Source: Octopus bimaculoides (lineage: Eukaryota). From it: 64,000 nucleotides of DNA. Where the stretch lies: positions 42,794,182-42,858,181 of the forward strand of contig NC_068985.1 in assembly GCF_001194135.2 (NCBI RefSeq), read 5' to 3'. Made by a program: the position numbers and the translations under genes. The notes under the pieces were generated by a model. The model was not told the origin of the DNA. It made no database searches and saw only the letters and a list, made by a program, of their open reading frames with translations. Positions 26,101 through 37,400 of this stretch are shown here, piece by piece (within the stretch, counting starts at the first letter, position 1; the number at the start of each line of letters is the position of its first letter).

Positions 26101-29100
26101 GGTTCTAAGCATAAAGATGTTGTAAGTAGAATAATACAGAACATGGAGGAGACAAAAAAAAAAATCTATATAAAAAATATAGTCTGTGAGAATACAGAGG
26201 ACTAAAGAACTCACTTGGTGGAGGTGCAACCCATTGGTTTAACTGACAGTTTGAACTTGGGCTGTTGGCTGGACTGAGCATAGTTGATAAATTACTGTGG
26301 CCATTCATCACATAACCTTCAGAGAAATAATTCAAAACTGATTAAATCTAACGAAAAGTAGAATATATCAAACATCATATTAATATAATTACAGTGATAC
26401 TTTCAAATATTGTCGATCAGTATATGACAGGTGTAAGCCTAATTTCATTAAATCTTTGCATTATGTTGTTCATGAAAATGACCCTTCCTAAATTAAAATT
26501 CATTATTTTAACTCTTTAGCATTTGAACTGACCATATCTTCCCAAAATATTTCACTTGTTTAATGTTCAAATTAGCCAGATCCAGCCTTCAACGTACCCT
26601 ACAATGTCATTCTAAAAATGACAATCACAACATCAAAATCTCCAACCTTATGAGATCAGATCTGGCCTTTCACACCTACCCTACAATGTAATTCTAAAAA
26701 GAACAATCACATCATCAAAATTTCAAAGCTTATAAGATTAGATCTGGCCTTTCACACCTGCTCTACAATGTCATTCTCAAAATGACAATCACAACATCAG
26801 AATCTCCAAGCTATGAGATAATGCATGCTGAATTCAAAACAATATGACTTAAATAAGAATTACATTTTACAGAGTTATCTAAACAAATAAGAATTACATT
26901 TTACAGATTAATCTAAACAAAATCCTTATTTTTAAACAATCAGCATTTAATATTTAGAAGAGAAAAATCCAAAGTTGTACTTACCTAGAGAAGACAATCC
27001 AAGCATATTAGTATTTGGATTGTTAATGGTACCATTAGTGCTAGCACTGCAAGGTGGTGGTAGACTGTTGTTATTGGTTTCTTTATCCAAACCCAACAAC
27101 TGAATTCGAGCATCATACATGTTAGCAGCATTCCTCTCAACACTTTTCACAATGACAGACTGCTCATGTAAAGAAATGTATAAAAAGATGGAATTACAGG
27201 ACAGTTATTCTCGTTTGGTTTCATTTTTAATAGACGCTTCATCACAACCAACAACTTCCTTGAAATACCACTTTCCTTGAAGCTAGACTTAGAGAGTTTA
27301 CTTGACTAATGCAGGGATATATTTTCTGTACTCAAACATGATGAAAATGACATGATTAAACAGACACCATGGTAATCGGTGTTGGTCTGCATTAGTAAGA
27401 CTTGAACCATTTAGTAAAATTGATAAAAAGTGTACAGTTAACTTGCTGTGAGGAGTGGAAAACCAAATGTTTTGGACAGAAGCCTTCTTCAAGGACAGGC
27501 TGATAGGAGAGAAATTATGGAGAGACAGCAGAGTTTTGCAACCAATTTTGCTGTCTTTCATTAACTTCTCTCTTGTCAACTTTTACCCAAAGAAGGACTC
27601 TGTCCAAAATGTTGGATTCCTCACTCCCCATAGCAAGTTCACTCTTTTTATCGAATTTACTTTCTAATAACACACATCCAAGCATACTGTAGCATATTGT
27701 AGATGCTGATACCTCTCTAGCACAATAGGAAGAATAGCTCACAGCAGTAAGCAGTGGGAGTACTATGTGAATTAGGAGTGCTTTGTTAGTTTTCAATGGG
27801 AGTATCTTTGAGAAGAATATGTTCTAACAGGCATGGAGAGTATCTTTGAGTATGTTCTAACAGGCTGACAAATTGAGACAGACCCCCACTAACAAGTACC
27901 TCACCCTTACACTATGCAAAAAAATTTGCTTTCGTTGAGCCATCGAAGCAGCCTCTGTGCTATCGCTCCCCTGATAGAAATAACAGCCAAATTTTCAAAT
28001 CAAATTAAATACCAAAGCACATTAAATATTGTAGTTCTAGGTAAACAATGCCTGAACAAAAGATGAGTGTGATCATAGCTGGTATGCCTTTTTTTTTTTT
28101 GTCACAGGACTGCTGTGCTGGAACAAAACTTCAACATGTTTTAAATTAGACAAAATCAGGATTTGAAGACGTCTCCAACCCCTTGCTAAGATATATAAAA
28201 CAAAAGGAAGGATTTACCTTGCTGGGTTGTTTTGGTTTTGACTTGATACTGATAAATACATCCAGTTGCTCCATCAACATGCTAATTCTAGCTGTAATAC
28301 ACAAAATTTATTGTTATTTAATGAATATCTCCCATTAAACCAGATAAAACAATGAATACTGGAGGGCATGACAATTAAAATGTGTCAAAGATGAAGATTG
28401 GCCAGAAACACATACATCACCTTACACTCACCTCATAAAAAGATATTGATAATTATTGATGTTTACCAAACATAAATATATATAGAGATAATTATTTTAG
28501 TCTAATAACTTAAAATTAAGACGTCAATACGTCAATACATCACTGTAAGAGGTTAGAAATTCAGACCTATTTGACAAAATATGCTTTATGATTATCATCA
28601 TCATTTAGCATCCATCTTCTATGCTGGCATGGGTTGGACAGTTCAACAGAATCCAATAACCTGGAGGAATGAGTCAAGCTTTACAGAGTGCACTGGGAGT
28701 TTTTTCAAGGTACTGGCTCTTGTGAGGTCACCATGCAGCTTGCAAGACTAAGATTCCTTTTAATTGAGTAAAGAGGGAGGCACCTTTATGCTAGGCAATG
28801 AGAGAACGGACCAAAAGAAAATGGGGATTTTTGCTGCAGAGGAGCTACATGGCTAATAACAATTTAGAAGAGAGGAGGAAGTGGCCAAGGTGGAGCTGGA
28901 AAGAGATAAAACGGTGGTGATGATGAGTCAGGGGGGGGGGGGCTCAAGATATAAGGTGAGTAGAAGTGGGGATCAAAGAACAAGGAGTGTGAGTGAGTAG
29001 AGATTGAAAGAATATATGGGGAGAGTGAGAAATTGTTAGGTATGGGGAATGGGTGAGGGGATGAATATAATGAGTGGAACAAGTTTTGAGGGATGATAAT

Positions 29101-32100
29101 TATATGTTGTATGGAAGAGTAGATGATGACTGTAGTGATTCTCAACCAGGGTTCATATGGCCCTTATAGGTCCATATAACATTTTGTTGTTAAAATTTAT
29201 CAGCGCAGTAAATTGGTTACACTTCTAAAATGCACAAAATATCTTAATAATTTTCTTTATACAATTCCTAATGATATTTAATTATAAAACTATAATAGGA
29301 TATTTTAAACATCAAATTACTACAGGGGTCCAGTTGAGTGAAATAAGAATCAAAGAGGGTCCATAGGTAGAAAATGGTTGAGAACCACTGCTGTAGAGAT
29401 TAACATTCCTAGAAGTTAGGCAGGTGCCAACCATTTATCTGAATTCCCCCTGCAACATCTCTAGTAGTAGCCAGACTGGTGTCAACTGTCTATTTGAGAT
29501 CCTTCATTAAAAACCTCCAGTAGCCAGGCTGGTGCCAATAATTTGTCTGTGGATCCTAAAAGGGCAGGTAAGGAATAATCTCATGCACTCAGAAGAGAAA
29601 GTTTTTTACAGAAATATCTGTTAACTTACCAGGTTCAATCTCAATGTCTTCTTTGATATCAAACATCAATACAAGGGGCAAACATCCCTAAAAAGAAAGT
29701 AATGAAGCTTATTAAGAAATTATTAATAATTTAGCAGTCAAATATATTCTAGAAACATGTTACAATTTCAGGAGAGAATTCAGGGTGGCAGTTAGAATAC
29801 AACATACAGGATGACAGTCATAACACAACATACAGGGTGGTAGTTGCAATACAGCCTACAAGATAACAATCACCATACAACATACTGGATGACGGTCTCC
29901 ACAGAGCACTCAGGACAACAGTCACAGCACAACATAATGGATGACAGTCACAGCATCATATATTAGATGGCAGTCACAATACAAAATACAGGATGACAAC
30001 ACAACATATTTGAGACTGACTAAAATCCTAATAGCTTACATCACGAGTAGATATGTGAAGGTAATTTATTTTATAAGGAAGGAAGATAAAGGAAAAGGTC
30101 AGTGTTTATAACCTTTGACTTTTGTCCCAACCTGATCAAATGAATGTGGTTGATGTTCATTCTGAACATCTGCAGGAAAACATGGGAGGGAGAGGTGGGA
30201 GACGATAGAAGAGATGGGGGTGGGTTTGTCAGACATGGTATCATCAAATCAGATGAGTGTGCACACACACACACACACACACACACACAACATCACAAAG
30301 ATCTTGACTAGGACTGCTCTCCCTGCAACTCCCTAACTACCCTCAAATATCTTGTTAATGCCTATTTAATATTCAAACTAAACATTAACATCCCCTACTT
30401 TTGCCCACGTGAGTGTCCTCCATGTTCAGATATTATGTCAGTTGATGCAAACAGTTGATTGGCCTCCAGTTTCCATAGTGATTACAGATATTAAACACAC
30501 CTGCAACCAGCTAGTTTATTGTGGGGGACCTAACTATAGCAGGTTGAAGCAGGTAGAATTAATAACTATATATAAGAGTTTAACATACACACACTAATAA
30601 AATACACATACACACACATATATATATAAATATATATATTAGAACTTAATAAAATATAATCATAGACATATATATATATATATATATATANNNNNNNNNN
30701 NNNNNNNNNNNNNNNNNNNNNNNNNNNNNNNNNNNNNNNNNNNNNNNNNNNNNNNNNNNNNNNNNNNNNNNNNNNNNNNNNNNNNNNNNNNNNNNNNNNN
30801 NNNNNNNNNNNNNNNNNNNNNNNNNNNNNNNNNNNNNNNNNNNNNNNNNNNNNNNNNNNNNNNNNNNNNNNNNNNNNNNNNNNNNNNNNNNNNNNNNTAT
30901 ATATATATATATATTAATATATATATATACACACACAAGAGGTAAATAAAATATATATATAACTATATGCATTTGTTACCAATGTTCTACAAGAGCTTAT
31001 TAAAACACACACATTTGCCTCCAATGTTGCACTCAGTTTGTATCACAAATTCTTTTTGTCTCACTCAAGCCATTGTACTTGGAAAATAAGTTTATTGCCA
31101 TTGTTGTTCAATGGAAATAAAATATTTTCTGGGTCTTTATAGACTTGACTTTACCATGGAAGACACTTAGAAGCACAGATTACACTGTGGCTAATGATTA
31201 TGTCAACCAATCATATTGTTACACAAATACAATTAGACATGTTCTGTAAAGACATATAAAGTTTTACTATAATTTCTACATTGTGGCATTCAACTTGAAC
31301 TTGTGATATTGTATTCCAACAGGAGTGAATTAGCAACAGCATGCTTGACTGTTGAATATCATCACACAACACACACACACACAAAATAGCACAAAGGTAC
31401 CTTTATCTACATACCAATTTTCATAAAGATTTCAATACCTAAATGTTATAAAGACTGGCTCAGACAGAAACAATGGAGTGAGGAAACTATACTAGTACAT
31501 AAAAAACAATATGGCTGTCCTATAGCAGCTGAAGACAAAGGAAGTAAATTGTTATTATCAACATAGATTCAGGCATGGTCGTGGAGTTAAGAAGATTGCT
31601 TTGTAATCAAATGGTTCTGGGTTCAGTTTCACTCTGTGGGACCCTAGGCAAGTGTCTTCTACTCTTGGCTGATCACTACCTCATAAGTGAATTTGGTAGA
31701 TATGGGGAAGCCTATTATAAATGCATGTGCGCGCGCGCGTGTGTGTGTGTAAATGCATGTATGTATGTGTGTGTGTGTCTGTGTTTGCCCTCTCCTCCAC
31801 TACTTGACTTAGATTTCCATAAGCTAGCAGTTCAGCAAAAGAAACCAATACAACAATAGCAGAGTATTGGGGTTGATTTGTTCAACTAAAACCCTTCAAA
31901 GAGGTACCCCAGTATGACCACTGTCCAATGACTGAAACAAGTAAAAGGTAAAGGATAATTCCATTACTAGAAAGAAAAAGAAAACTAAAAGCAACTGTCA
32001 ATATTAATTTCAAAAATCGTCTGTCTTTATATTCTGAGTTCAAATTCTGCCAAGGTCAACTCTGCCTTTCATCCTTTTGGATCGATAAATTAAGCACCAG

Positions 32101-34457
32101 TTGCGTACTGGGGGGNNNNNNNNNNNNNNNNNNNNNNNNNNNNNNNNNNNNNNNNNNNNNNNNNNNNNNNNNNNNNNNNNNNNNNNNNNNNNNNNNNNNN
32201 NNNNAGGGTGGGTGGGTGATCTTATCAACTGGCCCCTCCCACAAAATTTCGAGAGCCTTATGCCTAGAGTAGAAAAGAATATTAATTTCAAAATATTCTT
32301 TTTATTCTGTTTCCAAGTTGGTATGTATCACATTGGTCTAAAGAATTTGATGGCCATCTGTATTCATAATTATTTTACACATGAAAAGCTTGAGTGGTAC
32401 CTTGAAATCACTTGTGGCATTTGGTACTTAGGTATTCTTAAGTATGTTAATTAAGAAACAATATGACTTGACTTTTGATACCAAACTGCCTTAGACTATC
32501 CCTGGCTCTATAATAAAACCTTCTTGTTTTAAAATGATATATAATAAAACTGGCCATCAAAATTTCATAATAATTTTTGTTCCAAACAGCAGCTTAATAA
32601 TGACAAAATTATTTTACTAAATTTGTCATTATTTTCAAAATTATCTGAAACAAAAGCAATGTATTTCAACAGATGTGTGGAAACAAAAAGGTTAAATGAA
32701 AGACTTAAAGAGGAAGGCCAGAGTCATTCAGCATTTAGATATTGCTTGTTTCATTGACTTTTAGATATTTAATTAGAAAAAAATATTCTATATACAAATT
32801 AACAAAAATATTAATTTTTACTTTGAGGAAATCTATTCTTCATGTATATACTTTCAATGTCCAGTAATTTAGCAAATGAGTTACCAAATCTCTAAGATTA
32901 TTCGTTTCGAATTTTGGCACAAGGCCAGCAATTTTGAGGGAGGTGGGTAGTTGATTACATTGACCCCAGTGCTGAACTGATACTTAATTTATTGACCCTG
33001 AAAGAATGAAAGGCAAAGTTGATCCTGGCAGAAGTTGAACTTAGAACATAAAGATGGACAAAATTCTGCTAAGCATTTTGTCTGGCACAGTAACGATTCT
33101 GCCAGCTTGCTGCCTTCCATATTGTCTAAGATTATTTACAAAAACCAATTACAGACACCTGGTTATTAACTGTTTGGAAAATGGTTAACTATTAAGATCT
33201 GTTTTGAGTTTGTGTGCAAAGTTCAGAGAAAAATCGTCCACAAAAAAGAAAAGTAAACAAATAATTCAAAAAGATGGTAAAGGAAGAGTAGGCATTCATA
33301 GAAAATACTGAAGTAACATAGCATTTCCTACACTTGGAAATATTTTACATGTGTTCATAGAACACTATAAATAGCAATCAGGGTTGTTGTGTCATAGTAA
33401 CCATTTCACAAGAAACTTTAGGGCTAATCTTTTATGCAATGCTCTAAGACTTGCATAAATATATTATTTTTAATAAAAGTACTTTCACCAAAATACTTCT
33501 TCAACCAATATCTGCAACAGCTACTTTCAGGAATTACATTTATTATTTCTAACACAGCCTATATTTAGGAACTCAGCATGGATTCTTACATGGTAGCAAG
33601 GTTTTAGTATTCTCAACGTGCAATAGATATGCACAGTTTTATACATATTTACTTTGTAAAGAAAACGAAATAATTAATTTTTTGTTTCGGAATTAAGATA
33701 GTATCAAATTTAATTGAGTGTCTTAAATTTCTTGTTCCTATATTTTTTAGTATGGCAATTTTTTCCATACAGAAAGAAGTCTTTAATTTTTTATTCAAGT
33801 AATACCAGATAGGTCTCAAATCAAAGAACATCTCCTGGGTGACAATAATGGACAAAATTTAGTGAATTTGGAAGGGTTAGTCTATGTTTTTTAACATATG
33901 TAATGAATAACTTTGCAAATTTCTGACTAATATTACACACTATTTTAACAATATGAGGTGTCAAATGTTTACATAAGAAAGTTCTGGAAACTATAATTAT
34001 ATTTTTAGTTGTAAAAGTGAGATTATTATCCTTATTATCCAGGCAGCAAGCTGGCAGAATTGTTAATACACCAGACAAAATACTTAATGGCATTTCTTCT
34101 GGCACTTTACATTCTGAGTTCAAATTCTGCTGAGGCTGACTTTGCCTTTCATCCTTTTGGGTTGATAAAATAAGTACCAGTCAAGTACTGGAGTCAACGT
34201 AGTTGATTCCCTCCTCCAAAATTGCTGGCCTTGTGTCAATAATAAAAGGAATTATTATTATTCAATTTCTACTGAGGTCTGCTTTGCCTTTCATCCTTTT
34301 GGGATGGTGATGAAATAAGTACCAGTTGAGTACTGGGGTTGTAATATCCCCTTCCCTCAAAATCTGATATTTAACAGTTTCTTTTGGCAAACTGCTAAGA
34401 GTTAGGAGATGTAAACAAACCAGCATTGGTTGTCAAATGGTGTGTGTGTACAGGGGT

Positions 34458-34495
<38 letters not shown>

Positions 34496-37400
34496 AGATT
34501 TCCACAGTTTTCATCTATCAAATTCACTCACAAGGCATTGGTCAGCCCAGGGCTATAACAGAAGACACTTGCCCAAGGTGAGCATGCAGTGGGACTGAAA
34601 CTGAAACCATGTGGTTGAGAAAATATCCTCTTAACCACACAGCCATGTCTTTGCCTGTATTAAGTATATTATCAGCCCACTTCACTAATAGAGATTATAA
34701 ACTGTCCAACATGTATTCCTCAACTGCCTTCTCACAACAACCCTATTAATTAGGAGATTCTCAATATTCAGTCTATCTTAATTTATTTACACACTCCTTA
34801 GTATAATCTGCTAGAAATGGCAGCAAAATCTCCTTCAAAAATCCCATCATACACTTCCTATCATAGAAAAACAACACGAATATGCTAAAAGAAATAAGCG
34901 AGATGGTTATGGTTGGAATGCTTTTACATAGATTTGTTTGATCCCAGCTGGCCCAGGATTAAATAATCACATTCATTCTATATCACAGACATAACTTTTA
35001 TCATCATGGTAGCCTCCTAAGTTTGAGTAAAATGGTTCTGCAATGTCTTACTGAACAACCTGCATCGATAATTTGTTTATAGTGATGAAGTGATCACTAT
35101 AAACAATGTGCTGTACATTAGCTCACTCCCTCCATCAAATTGACATTGTATGAATAGGAGCATGGTGTGCCATACATCAGATATTGAAATGATTGCACAG
35201 CAATGAAAGACGAAGTGTTTTGTTCAAAACCACAACACATTGCCTGGTCTGGGAATCGAACCCACGATATCATGTTTGTGAGTGTAACACCCAAACCACA
35301 GACATTACTACTTACTGTTTAAATCTCCTTTAATTTCTACATACAGACCTTACCCCTATATAACACATTTAAAACCTACAAACCCTTGTCATAAATAAGG
35401 CAGTATGTGTGTGTGTGTGTGATCAAAATGCTTTCTACAACGGAGACATGATAACTTGATATTGTTAAGAAATGTCACAACACCACTATTTCACATGTTA
35501 GCTTTAATCCTTGGTATTATATCAGATGTACAGAATATCATGGCACAAAATATGGTAAATGGTTTATTAGAAAATGTCACACTGTCTCAGACTTCAAAAA
35601 CGAAAACTAATCCCCCTACCTCACTTTTTTTTTAATATCATTATCTCAGAATATTATTTTCTGGTCTGGAATTAAAATTTTCTTAATACTTTACAGAACT
35701 GAAAAGTTCTAAAACAACAAAAAAAAAAAATTAAATACAGCTCTTCTAGTTGTTGTTGCTTAACTCTAGTTCAATTTTAATCAAGGGCATTCCAGCCATG
35801 GCCATCCCATCTTTTATTCATAGTGCATCTAAAACTACATTATTTAATGTTTTCTTCATTGTTGTAGTTGTTATTTGGTCCTTGGTTTACACAGACCAAA
35901 TAAATCCATGATCAAAGATACCCTGCCATAACCATAGGACTGCATTATCTAATGTGTCCCACCATTTTTTTTTAAAGCTGATGTAGAGTGATTTAAGGGA
36001 AATTTAAATACTATTTCTAGCAAATCAAATAACCACATGGAAATCCATTTATTATTTCATTTGGAAATAATGAAAATACAGAGAAAGAAATAATAAACAA
36101 TAGAGACGGTATGTAAATCAAAACTCACAATTAGTTGTTGTCGGGCTTGATAGACACTTTCAATGGGTCCAGTTATGAAAACAGTCCCCTTCCGTAAAGG
36201 GCTTACATTATTGGGATCAGGAAAGTAAACACTGGCCCCTGTCCGTTGCATTATCTGTTTAATATTCACATCTCCACGACCAATCATGAATAAATGGTGC
36301 TGAGGAGCAATTTCCAACTGCATACTGACAGTTAAACTTACCTAAAGGAGAAATATAGAGACATAATAGAACAATCATCATTATCATCATCAACACTGCT
36401 ATCATCACCATCAACACCACCACCACAATACTGTCACCATCATCATCCCCTCCACCAGTACTATCATTACCCTTACCACCATGGGAATAAATAGTACTAA
36501 TCCATGATACCAGTAGTGATGTTAATGATATATTTAGTACAGGAAATATTCATAAGTTAATTAGTAGTAGTTCTGTAGTGAGGAAAAAAATATCAATTAA
36601 TGATTACTATCATTTTAAAGATTTTGGCAGCCATAGTTGACAATAATTGTCATGTTTCAGTGTTATTCTGATTCCGTCAGTGAAACAGATTTCACTGTAC
36701 TTGCTAAAAAGCTGTGATGGAAGAATCACTAAGATGGTACATTGGTAGATGTAAGAATATAGATTTGTTTAGAGATGATTAGGCACTGAACAATTCGTGA
36801 TTATTAAACTGACATATTAACCATCATGGTTATAGATCCAAAATAACATTAACCATCACAGCCACACTGCCAACATACCATTAATTATTACAACCACGCC
36901 TCCAACAAGACATTAATCATCGTTGCCACAGCTCCAAAATGAAATATTAACCATCATGGTCACACCTCCGACATGATCTATTAACCATCACAGCCATACA
37001 CCAAAAATGACATAACCATTAAACTCACATCTCCAATATGATGCATTAACCATCATGGCCACACCTACAACATGACATAGTAACTGTCATACTTAGCTCT
37101 CCTACATGACACATTAACCATCAAAGTTAGACCTCCAACATGACATATTAACCATCATACCTGCACCTTCAAGATGATACAAAAGCTATTATACTCACAC
37201 CTCCAACATTATTCAACAAATGTTCCATGAGACGAGCTGTTGCTTCTTTCACCATTTTGGCATTATAGACAGAACCTCGCACTGTTATGATGGTCATGTA
37301 TGACCGAGGTTTCTGCTTAAAGCTTATCGTTACATTGTAAACCTTCTGTAAATGCACCAGGTGAGAGGAGGCTGGGTCTGCTAATGAAGGTGATAATGAC

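Noticed and set aside
31575-31586. 11-nt match (tggtcgtggag) to the KH3 GRGD codons as an editing-complementary sequence
   Set aside because: Part of a SINE head, 4.7 kb away and short enough to be chance.
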